Below are positions 1 to 7,511 of a stretch of 27,559 nt of DNA, piece by piece. The first letter of the stretch is position 1; every line of letters starts with the position of its first letter. The DNA is from Pirellulales bacterium (GTDB lineage Bacteria; Planctomycetota; Planctomycetia; Pirellulales; JAICIG01), in the NCBI GenBank assembly GCA_040901675.1, contig JBBDYJ010000027.1, forward strand, positions 1 to 27,559. The letters run 5' to 3'. Under the pieces are notes generated by a model. The model searched no databases, had not been told where the DNA came from, and worked only from the letters and a program-made list of their open reading frames with translations. The translations under genes were made by a program, and so were the position numbers.

Positions 1-113
1 GCCGGGTGCCTGGCGGCAAAGCGGACTTCGGACTTCGGCGAGCTCAGTCGAGTCGTAGCGTGCCCCCAGGTAATGACCCCATTGATGGGTCTGCCCCCGG
101 CGCAAAACTCAGC

Positions 114-2567
114 CTACCGGCGCTTTTTGCGGCGAGGCTTGGGGGCGCTCGGCGCCTTCTTGGCCTTCTTGCGGGGGGGCCGATCAGCGCCGTCGCCACC
201 GTCGGCGAGTTGGCGGCGTTGCCGGCTTGTTGTCGCGTCGCCCGCGGCCGGGCGCTGGCCGGCGCCGCCAAGGGCTCGGACTTGTCGCGGATCCTTGGCT
301 GGCGGGGCGGAGGCGCGGCCCTTGGCGCGGGGCGTCTTGGCACTGGGCGGCTTGACGCGGGGCGGCCTGGGCTGGCGCTCGACCAGCCGGAAGTCGAGCT
401 CGCGGCGATCCACGTCGACTCGGGCCACGCTCACGCGCACGGGATCGCCCAGCCGGAAGGTGTTGCCCGACCGCCGTCCGCTCAGGCTGTGGGCGGTCCG
501 GTCGAAATGGTAATAGTCGTCCGCGAGCGAAGTGACGTGAATCAAGCCTTCGGCCGGCAGCTCGATGCCCTGCGCGAACAGGCCGAACTGCTCGACGCCC
601 GTAATGATCGCCTCCATCTCGTCGCCGATCCGCTCCCGCAGGTAATTGAGCAGCTTGACCTTGGTCAGCTCGCGCTCGGCCGCCTCGGCCCGCCGCTCGC
701 GGTCCGAGCAATGCTCGCCCAAAACGGCCAGGGCGCCGAAGTCGTTGGGCGGCTTCTGCTGGTGCAGCAAGACGTCGATCAGCCGGTGGATCGTGAGATC
801 CGGGTAGCGGCGGATCGGAGAGGTAAAGTGGCAGTAGCAGTCGCTCGCCAGTGCGTAGTGCCCCTGCTCTTCGGGGCTGTAAACGGCCCGCTGCAAGCTG
901 CGAAGCACCGCGTAGTTGACTGCCTGCTGCTCGGGGCGGCCCTGGACCTCGGCCAACAACCGCTGCAGCTCGAAACGGCTTTCGAGACTGTCGACTCGAA
1001 AGCCCAAGGCCGTGACAAACTCGGTCAGGGCCTGCAGCTTGCGGGGGTCGGGGGCCTGGTGGACGCGGCGGAGGAAAAACCATTCGGCCTCGGCCAGCCG
1101 CTCGGCGACCGCCTCGTTGGCGGCCAGCATGAACTCCTCGATGATCTGGTGGCTGACCGTGTTTTCCACCCGGTGGGCGCCGACCACGCGGCCCTCTTTG
1201 TCCAGATCGACCTTGACCTCCTGCATCGATAGTTCCAGCGCGCCATGCCCCATCCGCCGGGCGCGGAGAATCATGGCCAGCTCGTGCATGCGGCCCAGGA
1301 GGTCGTGTACTTCGGGCGACAGCTTTTTGCGCCAGGCGGCGGGCCGCTCGAGATAGTCGTCGACCTCCTCGTAAGTGAAGCGGCGGGCGCTCTTGATCGC
1401 GGCGGCGTGCAAGCGGGTGTCGAGGCGCAGCCCCTCGGGCGTGAACTCGAGAAAGGCGGACTTGGTATAGCGGACGTGGTCGGGCTGCAGGCTGGCCAGA
1501 GCGTTGGAGATCACCTCCGGCAGCATGGGAATGACGCGATCGGGCAGGTAGACGCTGGTGCCGCGCTGATGCGCTTCGCGGTCGAGAGCCGAGTTTGGCC
1601 GCACGAAGTGCGAGACGTCGGCGATGTGGACGCCCAGCATCCAATGGCCGTTTTCCGTCCGGACCAACGAGATGGCGTCGTCGAAGTCGCGGGCGTCGAC
1701 CGGATCGATGGTAATGACGTTTTCGCCGGAAAGATCGAGCCGGTCGGCGGGGATCGATTCGTCGAACCGCTCGGCCTGGGCGCGAGCCGCCTCGAGCGCG
1801 TCTTCGTCGAACTCTTCGGGCAGGTTGAACTCGCGGACAATGGAGAGCGTGTCGACGCCCGGCGCCCCGCGCTCGCCGAGCACTTCGGCGATCACCCCTT
1901 CGCCGTCGTGCGCGTGGGTCGGAAAGCGGACCATCTCGAAGACGACCTTGTCGTCGGGCTGGGCGTTCTTGGCGCCCGGATCGCCGACGGCCACCGGCCG
2001 CGCGAAGACCGTGCCGTCGACTTGAACGTAGGCGCTGCCCCCCTGCTCGAAGTACGTGCCCACGAACTGGTGCGTCTCCCGCTCGATCACTTCGACGATG
2101 GTCCCGCGAGGTTGGCGGAAGCCGCCGCGCGGCTTCAGCAGCCGCACGAGGACCACGTCGCCGCTGGCGGCATCGCCGGCCTGGTCGGCGGCCACGTAGA
2201 TGTCCTGATCGCGATTGCCGGGGGCGGCGCCGGCGGGGTGGACGAAACCAAAGCCCCCCTGCGCACGGCGGAAAACGCCGGTGAAGTGGCCGCCGCCCGA
2301 GTAGTGATCGGGGCCGGACTCGATTATGCGGGGCGAAGACTCGCGCTTTTTAACCGCCGCTTTGGCCGCGGGCGGGCAGACGAGGTGCTTGGGCCCGTAC
2401 GACAACTGCCCCTGGCGGACCAGCCGCTTGACCAGCCGCTTGAGCTCCTGCAGGCGCGGCTCGGGAATATTCAGCTTTTTGGCCAGCATCCGCGGCTTGA
2501 CCGGCTTATAGCCGGGTTTCCGCACGAACTCCAGCACGGGCTGGGCGAGGTCGCTTTCGTCGTTCAT
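114..2567 (-). CDS. rnr: Ribonuclease R (RNase II/RNB family 3'-5' exoribonuclease)
   Basis: 817 aa ORF with cold-shock domains (GGFGFV), RNB catalytic motif ITIDPVDARDFDDAIS, HIADVSHFV, HFTSPIRRYPDL, a C-terminal S1 domain and a basic Lys/Arg tail. Confidence 0.96.
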   Translation of the reverse strand: MNDESDLAQPVLEFVRKPGYKPVKPRMLAKKLNIPEPRLQELKRLVKRLVRQGQLSYGPKHLVCPPAAKAAVKKRESSPRIIESGPDHYSGGGHFTGVFRRAQGGFGFVHPAGAAPGNRDQDIYVAADQAGDAASGDVVLVRLLKPRGGFRQPRGTIVEVIERETHQFVGTYFEQGGSAYVQVDGTVFARPVAVGDPGAKNAQPDDKVVFEMVRFPTHAHDGEGVIAEVLGERGAPGVDTLSIVREFNLPEEFDEDALEAARAQAERFDESIPADRLDLSGENVITIDPVDARDFDDAISLVRTENGHWMLGVHIADVSHFVRPNSALDREAHQRGTSVYLPDRVIPMLPEVISNALASLQPDHVRYTKSAFLEFTPEGLRLDTRLHAAAIKSARRFTYEEVDDYLERPAAWRKKLSPEVHDLLGRMHELAMILRARRMGHGALELSMQEVKVDLDKEGRVVGAHRVENTVSHQIIEEFMLAANEAVAERLAEAEWFFLRRVHQAPDPRKLQALTEFVTALGFRVDSLESRFELQRLLAEVQGRPEQQAVNYAVLRSLQRAVYSPEEQGHYALASDCYCHFTSPIRRYPDLTIHRLIDVLLHQQKPPNDFGALAVLGEHCSDRERRAEAAERELTKVKLLNYLRERIGDEMEAIITGVEQFGLFAQGIELPAEGLIHVTSLADDYYHFDRTAHSLSGRRSGNTFRLGDPVRVSVARVDVDRRELDFRLVERQPRPPRVKPPSAKTPRAKGRASAPPAKDPRQVRALGGAGQRPAAGDATTSRQRRQLADGGDGADRPPRKKAKKAPSAPKPRRKKRR

Positions 2568-2589
2568 TCAAAACCGTACAACTGAGTAA

Positions 2590-2721
2590 GTAGCAGGGAC
2601 ACTCCGGTGCCACTGCTTGGAGGTCCCGATCCCGGCGCGCCGGGAGGACCGAGAAGCAGTGCCCATAGGGTAGCAGGCACACTCCGTGTGCCGTAGCCCG
2701 CGGTTTGATCCGTCGAAACCG
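2590..2721. repeat. REP-like cluster (GTAGCAGGCACACTCCGTGTGCCG family) with a long hairpin
   Basis: Degenerate copy at 2590-2611 and full copy at 2670-2694, the latter identical over 25 bp to 19670-19694. Between them is a hairpin: CACTGCTT 2611-2618 / AAGCAGTG 2654-2661, GGTCC/GGACC, palindromic core TCCCGGCGCGCCGGGA 2630-2645. Confidence 0.8.
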
Positions 2722-2730
2722 GCGCCAACG

Positions 2731-3729
2731 TCACTGAGACCCAGCCGGCTGAATCTCGTGCTGCTCGCCGGTTCCCTTGAACAGCTTGCGGCCCAGGTTG
2801 TGGTTGAAGCTGGTCCAGGGGCTCTCGACGTTCGGATCGTCGCGCATCTGCTGCTGGAAGCTGTGCACCTTGGCATCGAGATTGTCGAGGTGGTGCAGGG
2901 CTACGGCCTCCAGCGTCATGGGCAGCTTGGGGCTGCCGAACTCGTATTGCCCATGGTGGCTGACGATCATGTGCTTCAGCCGCAACACGGTCTCGGCGGG
3001 GACGGGCTCGCCGGTGAACCGCTCGGCCTCGGCCACCTTGGCTTCCAAGAGCGCCACGCCCATCACGAGGTGGCCGACCAGTTGGCCTTCGTCGCTGTAG
3101 GAGAAGCCGCGGTCGTAGCAAAGCTCGTCGATCTTGCCCATGTCGTGGACAAAGGCGCCCATCAGCAGCAGGTCGGCGTCGATGGCCGGATAGCAGCAGG
3201 CCACGCGGATCACGACCTCCATCAGGTTGACCACGTGGTGCAAGAGCCCACCCACGTAGGCGTGATGATTCTTGACGCCGGCCGGCGCGCGGCTGAACTT
3301 GGCCATGAACTGGTCGTCGACGAGGAAACATTCGGCCAAGGTGCGCAGGTGCGGATTGGCCATGCCGCGGAGCATCTCGCCGAGCCGCACCGTCAGGCGG
3401 TCGATTTCGCCCGGTCCCAGCGGCATGAAATCGGCGTGTTCGATCTCCTCCGCACGCGCCTTGCAGACGTTGGTCGCGATGAGTTGCAGGGCGCCCTGGT
3501 AGAGCTGGGTGGATCCCTCGACCCGGACGAAGTCGCCGTCGTCGAAATTGCGGTATTCGACGTCGCCGGCATTCCACATGCGGGCGCTGATCGATCCGGA
3601 GCGATCGGACAGCTCGACTTGCAGATACAGGTTGCCGTTGCGATTGGGGCGCAACTGCTTCTGCGAAGCCAGAAAGATCTGGTCGATCGACTCCTGGGGA
3701 CCAAATTGATTTACATAGCGACGCGGCAT
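2731..3729 (-). CDS. yhaM: YhaM/Cbf1-family 3'-5' exoribonuclease (OB-fold + HD domain)
   Basis: N-terminal OB fold (YLQVELSDRSGSISARMW), PAGVKNHHAYVGGLLHH, HDMGK (HD motif), GQLVGHL, HMIVSHHG, GSPKLPMTLEAVALHHLDNLDAK. Confidence 0.9.
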   Translation of the reverse strand: MPRRYVNQFGPQESIDQIFLASQKQLRPNRNGNLYLQVELSDRSGSISARMWNAGDVEYRNFDDGDFVRVEGSTQLYQGALQLIATNVCKARAEEIEHADFMPLGPGEIDRLTVRLGEMLRGMANPHLRTLAECFLVDDQFMAKFSRAPAGVKNHHAYVGGLLHHVVNLMEVVIRVACCYPAIDADLLLMGAFVHDMGKIDELCYDRGFSYSDEGQLVGHLVMGVALLEAKVAEAERFTGEPVPAETVLRLKHMIVSHHGQYEFGSPKLPMTLEAVALHHLDNLDAKVHSFQQQMRDDPNVESPWTSFNHNLGRKLFKGTGEQHEIQPAGSQ

Positions 3730-3810
3730 CGAAAGCGGCTTTCTAGCAGGAGAGGCGGGGGGGCGGCCGGCACGTACCGCACAGCCAAGCCGTCCCGAGT
3801 GGTTTCGATG

Positions 3811-3839
3811 ATTTTAGGCTCCCCGGCCCCCACCCACAA
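3811..3839 (-). promoter_or_regulatory. Putative sigma70 promoter for yhaM-rnr
   Basis: Minus strand TTGTGG (3839-3834), 17 bp spacer, TAAAAT (3816-3811), about 80 bp upstream of the yhaM start. Confidence 0.5.
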
Positions 3840-3845
3840 GGGCCG

Positions 3846-3953
3846 CCCATAGAACGCCGTTCGTTCCGTTTCCCCGTAGAACGGAATTCATTGCGTTTCC
3901 CCCGTAGAACGCAGGTCGTTCCGTTTGCCCCGTAAATCCAATTTCATGCGTTT
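3846..3953 (+). repeat. Tandem array of four degenerate 26-28 bp GTAG-type REP-like units
   Basis: Units 3846-3871, 3872-3898, 3899-3926 and 3927-3953, consensus about CCCCGTAGAACGGAnTTCnTTCCGTTT, internally palindromic (AACGGAA..TTCCGTT). Confidence 0.8.
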
Positions 3954-4000
3954 GCCCGAACCACGCGACCCTGTTCGGAATCCCCTTCAACAGGGCTTGC

Positions 4001-4030
4001 TTGCCTCGATTTGGTGCGATTGCCTAGAAT
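4001..4030 (+). promoter_or_regulatory. Putative sigma70 promoter for proS
   Basis: TTGCCT (4001-4006), 18 bp spacer, TAGAAT (4025-4030). Confidence 0.5.
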
Positions 4031-4073
4031 GCCGCCGTTCTTGCCGTGCGGCAAGCCCACACCGCCGCTGCTC

Positions 4074-4097
4074 AAACGGAATGAAGTTCCGTTCTAC
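4074..4097 (-). repeat. Inverted, well-preserved copy of the GTAGAACGG REP-like unit
   Basis: Reverse complement reads GTAGAACGGAACTTCATTCCGTTT; it sits directly upstream of the proS Shine-Dalgarno-like AAAGGA (4101-4106). Confidence 0.8.
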
Positions 4098-4113
4098 GTC
4101 AAAGGATTTCGCC

Positions 4114-5826
4114 GTGCGTTGGACCCAGACGCTGATCCCGACGATGAAGGAAACGCCCGAAGGGGCGGAGATTCCCAGCCACGTCCTCATGTTGCGGGCA
4201 GGGCTGGTCGGGCAGCTCATGGCCGGCGCGTACACCTACCTGCCGCTGGGCCTGAGGGCATTGCGCAAGGCCGAGCAGATCGTCCGCGAGGAAATGGACC
4301 GGGCCGGCGCGGTCGAGCTCTTGATGCCGGCCCTGACGCCGATCGGCTTGTGGGAGCGGACAGGCCGCGTCGAGGCTTTTGGCAACGTGCTGATCCACTT
4401 CAACGTGCGGCGGCAGAACCGCCAGGTACACCTGGCGCTGGGTCCCACGCACGAGGAGGTGGTGACCGACCTGGTTGCGAGGCACGTCTCGAGCTATCGC
4501 CAACTGCCGATCACGCTGTACCAGATTCAGACCAAGTTCCGCAACGAGGAGCGTCCGCGATTCGGCGTATTGCGGACCAGCGAGTTCCTGATGAAGGACG
4601 CCTACAGCTTCGACGCCTCGGTCGAGGGCCTGAACCAGAGCTACGACAAGATGTACCAGGCGTACTGCCGGATCTTCGCCCGCTGCGGCCTGGAATACCT
4701 GGCGGTGGAGGCCGAGAGCGGCCCCATCGGCGGCGACGTCAGCCACGAGTTCATGGTGCTCGCGGAGCACGGCGAGGACACGGTGGTCCACTGCCGGCAG
4801 TGCGGTTACGCGGCCAACCTGGAGCGGGCCGACATTGGCCGCCGCCCGCCCGCGCCGGGGGGCGGTGGCGGGCAGCCGCTGGCCAAGGTCGATACGCCCG
4901 GGGCCAGCAGCATCGAGCAGGTGAGCAAGCTCTTGAAGCGCCAGCCGCGCGAGCTGATCAAGACCTTGATCTACGTAGCCGACGGGCGGCCGATCGGCGT
5001 GCTGGTGCGCGGCGATCACGAAGCCAACGAGGGCAAGATCCGCCGCGCGGTCGGCGCCGCGCGGCTGGAGTTGGCCCCGGCCGAAGTGATCGAGCAGGTC
5101 ACCGGTGCTCCGGTCGGTTTTGCGGGCCCGGTGGGCCTGGCGATCGACTTGTGGGCCGACGAGGACGTGGCCGGCGTGCGCGACGCGGTGGTGGGCGCCA
5201 ACGAGGCCGACAAGCACTACACGGGCGCTAACCAGCCCCGCGATTTCACGGCCAAGGCGTTTGCCGATCTGCGCAACGCCGCCGCCGGCGATCCGTGTCC
5301 GCGTTGCCCGGGCGCCTTGACGCTGGAGCACGCCATCGAAGTGGGTCACGTCTTCAAGCTGGGCACCAAGTATTCCGAGGCGCTGTCGGCCCGCTTTCTC
5401 GACGACAAGGAGCAGCAGCATCCGGCGATCATGGGTTGCTACGGGATCGGCATCAATCGGATCATCGCGGCCCTCGTCGAGACGCGGCACGACGAGAACG
5501 GCATCATCTGGCCGATGTCGCTGGCCCCCTACCAGGTGCTGTTAGCGCCCTTGAACGTGAACCAGCAGGACGTGATGGACGCCGCCAACGCCCTGTATGA
5601 CGAGTTATGCCGCTTAGGCGTCGAGGTGCTTTTGGACAACCGCGACCAGCGGCCGGGCGTCAAGTTCAAGGACGCCGACCTGATCGGCATCCCCTTGCGC
5701 GTCGTGATTGGCGGCCGCGGCCTGAAAGACGGCCAATTAGAGATCAAGTGGCGTTGGGAAGAAGCTCCTCAAATGATCCCGCTGGCCGGGGCGGCCGCGG
5801 CGATTGCGCGGATGGTGCGGGCATGA
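4114..5826 (+). CDS. proS: Proline--tRNA ligase (bacterial type with INS editing domain)
   Basis: [81 protein letters not shown]. Start reassigned to GTG 4114 behind AAAGGA because the upstream ORF extension runs through repeats. Confidence 0.96.
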   Translation: MRWTQTLIPTMKETPEGAEIPSHVLMLRAGLVGQLMAGAYTYLPLGLRALRKAEQIVREEMDRAGAVELLMPALTPIGLWERTGRVEAFGNVLIHFNVRRQNRQVHLALGPTHEEVVTDLVARHVSSYRQLPITLYQIQTKFRNEERPRFGVLRTSEFLMKDAYSFDASVEGLNQSYDKMYQAYCRIFARCGLEYLAVEAESGPIGGDVSHEFMVLAEHGEDTVVHCRQCGYAANLERADIGRRPPAPGGGGGQPLAKVDTPGASSIEQVSKLLKRQPRELIKTLIYVADGRPIGVLVRGDHEANEGKIRRAVGAARLELAPAEVIEQVTGAPVGFAGPVGLAIDLWADEDVAGVRDAVVGANEADKHYTGANQPRDFTAKAFADLRNAAAGDPCPRCPGALTLEHAIEVGHVFKLGTKYSEALSARFLDDKEQQHPAIMGCYGIGINRIIAALVETRHDENGIIWPMSLAPYQVLLAPLNVNQQDVMDAANALYDELCRLGVEVLLDNRDQRPGVKFKDADLIGIPLRVVIGGRGLKDGQLEIKWRWEEAPQMIPLAGAAAAIARMVRA

Positions 5827-6018
5827 ACGGGCTACTTGGCTTATGCGGTGGCGCTAGTCGTTCTGGCACTCGGCTGAGGCTCGCCCCGAAGGGACATCAC
5901 ATACTAGTCCGGGCAAAGCGCAAACCGTATCGGGCGCGTCGTGCGGAATGAGCAGGTACTTCGACGGCTTGCCGCCGGCGTGCATCGCCGCCGCGAGAGG
6001 CTAGTTATTCGGTAGTAT

Positions 6019-6939
6019 TTACTTCCAGACCGGATGCTGGTTCCAAGTCGGTGGCATTCCCAATTGGACCAACGGATTGGGCACGGCTGGCGGATTCGCC
6101 ATGTGCGCGTTCACGCGATTGCGCCAGTCGGACGCGAACGTGCCGATGGCCGGACAGCACTTGAGCAGGTGGTAGAGAATCAGCAGCGTCGCGTAGAGCC
6201 GGTCATTTGCGGGAACATGCGGCGGCTGCCAGACGCGGCCCCTGGGCAAGGACGGCTTGATCGCCCAAACCCGGTCCCACAGCCGCGAGTGGTGGGCGCA
6301 CAGGTTCCGCACGTAGACGAGATGGTGAAGGATCGTCACAAGATCGCCCGGCTGGCTGCTGTAACGGTGCGCGGCCGCCCGCTGATCCGACCGCAGCATG
6401 CCCTTGTACATTTTGGACAGCGCGCCGAATGATATCACTTCCATCGCGATCCAGATCGGAAGATCCGGGAACTGGCTATAACGCGAGCGGAAGTGGTCAA
6501 CGAACGGTTCGCTGGATCTGTCCGCCTCTTCGCGAAGCCGGATCAGCCACGTGGCATGATTGAAAGTCCGGAAGAAGTTGGCCGCGTCAATGTGGCCGAA
6601 CGCCCCGTGCCGCCGGCCGAAGTCATGGGCAACGGCCGCCCGGAAATCGACTTCGACGACTTCCAGGGCCTCGGTCACGATGTCGCGAAGCACCAGGTCG
6701 AAGTCGTAGGCGGCGCGGACGTGCTCGAACGTGCACCCGCCGTTAAACTGGTGTCGCTGCTGCTCGAACGCCAGACAATAGCCGCTGAAGCGGTAGTAGT
6801 TGATGTGCGAAAGGAACGCTTGGGCGGCGGCCGAATCGGCAACGGCGAGCCCGCGGGAGACGAGTTTCGCGACCTGGTCGGCACGCGAAAGCCACGGCTT
6901 CTGATATGGGGGCAAGGGGTTAGAAGGCTGCTGGCTCAT
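6019..6939 (-). CDS. Abi-family (Abi_2 / AbiF-AbiD-like) HEPN-domain abortive-infection protein
   Basis: YQKPWLS..DQVAKLVSRGL, FLSHINYYRFSGY, YDFDLVLR..LEVVEV, PIWIAMEVISFGALSKMY, HEPN RxxxxH motif RNLCAH (6309-6292) followed by HSRLW. ATG at 6939 is preceded by GGAGG. Confidence 0.9.
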   Translation of the reverse strand: MSQQPSNPLPPYQKPWLSRADQVAKLVSRGLAVADSAAAQAFLSHINYYRFSGYCLAFEQQRHQFNGGCTFEHVRAAYDFDLVLRDIVTEALEVVEVDFRAAVAHDFGRRHGAFGHIDAANFFRTFNHATWLIRLREEADRSSEPFVDHFRSRYSQFPDLPIWIAMEVISFGALSKMYKGMLRSDQRAAAHRYSSQPGDLVTILHHLVYVRNLCAHHSRLWDRVWAIKPSLPRGRVWQPPHVPANDRLYATLLILYHLLKCCPAIGTFASDWRNRVNAHMANPPAVPNPLVQLGMPPTWNQHPVWK

Positions 6940-6973
6940 GCCGCAACCTCCCCCGGCGACACCGGTTGAGCGC

Positions 6974-7038
6974 AAAAAAAGACCCGTCCTTGATGCACGT
7001 CACCTCCGTGAGAAGGGAGCGGTGCGACGGGTATGTTG
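6974..7038 (-). ncRNA. Structured leader / putative antitoxin RNA (abiF-motif-like stem-loop ending in U7)
   Basis: Minus strand CAACAU-ACCCGUC-GCAC-CG-CUCC-CUUCUCAC-GGAG-GUGAC-GUGC-AUCAAG-GACGGGU-C-UUUUUUU. Three stacked stems (6982-6988/7026-7032, 6995-6998/7022-7025, 7004-7007/7016-7019), located between a promoter and the Abi gene. Confidence 0.7.
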
Positions 7039-7043
7039 CAATA

Positions 7044-7072
7044 AGTGTATCGGATGATGTGCCGGCAGGCAA
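7044..7072 (-). promoter_or_regulatory. sigma70-like promoter of the RNA + Abi unit
   Basis: Minus strand TTGCCT (7072-7067), 17 bp spacer, TACACT (7049-7044). The predicted start (~7037) coincides with the 5' end of the stem-loop. Confidence 0.7.
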
Positions 7073-7284
7073 GTAGCAAATCGCGGAATTCAGAAGCAAA
7101 GACGAGTGACGCTGCACCCACAATGGTGTGCGCCGAAAGAACTTGCGGGAGACTCCCAACCACGACTGTTTGTCTTCGGTGAAGAAGGGCGATCTGGGGC
7201 ATTCTGCACCGCGTTGGGCCATCCCAACGGCAGGGCGGCACCGCCAGTTTAATGGGCGGCCGGAGCAGGGGCAACCAAGCGAAA

Positions 7285-7305
7285 GGAGGAGGGAGGAAGG
7301 AGGAA
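7285..7305 (+). repeat. Heptamer tandem repeat (GGAGGAR x3)
   Basis: GGAGGAG GGAGGAA GGAGGAA. Confidence 0.55.
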
Positions 7306-7461
7306 TAACGAAACCGAGACATCGCTGAAGTTGAGCAATCGCCCTATTCGCTTGCTTCCTTGGGGTTGATTACGATAGCGGGACGCGTAGACAGCGCTGC
7401 AAGCCCGCCGCAGGCGGAACCGCCAACGGCCGAGCTCCGATCCGCCTTGGGGGTACCTCGA

Positions 7462-7503
7462 CCTCTGACTTCTGGCTTCCGACTTCTGACTTCCGACCTC
7501 CGC
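7462..7503 (+). repeat. Heptamer tandem repeat (CYTCYGA x6)
   Basis: CCTCTGA CTTCTGG CTTCCGA CTTCTGA CTTCCGA CCTCCGC, ending 8 bp before the DUF4416 start codon. Confidence 0.8.
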
Positions 7504-7511
7504 CGCCAGCC

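Noticed and set aside
24..91. Imperfect palindrome around GAGCTC (31-54) and small hairpin GACCC..GGGTC (75-91) downstream of rnr
   Set aside because: Single copy in the window and no U tract, so it cannot be supported as a terminator or a repeat family here
6..2585. Long plus-strand ORFs (6-1232, 1245-2585) and other long antisense or off-frame ORFs across the window (e.g. 2686-3852, 4099-5490, 15422-17830, 17292-19673, 21733-23010)
   Set aside because: They overlap well-supported genes and have no recognisable motifs; they are typical shadow ORFs of high-GC coding DNA
3846..3953. Possible mini-CRISPR array
   Set aside because: Units are head-to-tail without unique spacers, are degenerate, and no cas genes are present; a REP-like tandem fits better
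3925..4113. N-terminal extension of ProS, or a T-box leader
   Set aside because: The extension is translated repeat DNA, the family-like N-terminus starts at GTG 4114 with an SD, and no T-box or antiterminator motif was seen
5827..6018. Possible terminator, att site or degenerate repeat after proS (GCCCCGAAGGGAC...)
   Set aside because: No strong stem with a U tract, and no matching direct repeat found on the other side of the Abi gene
6920..7328. Small ORFs upstream of the Abi gene as a protein antitoxin
   Set aside because: No recognisable domain; the minus-strand ORFs overlap the promoter and hairpin, and an RNA element explains the region better
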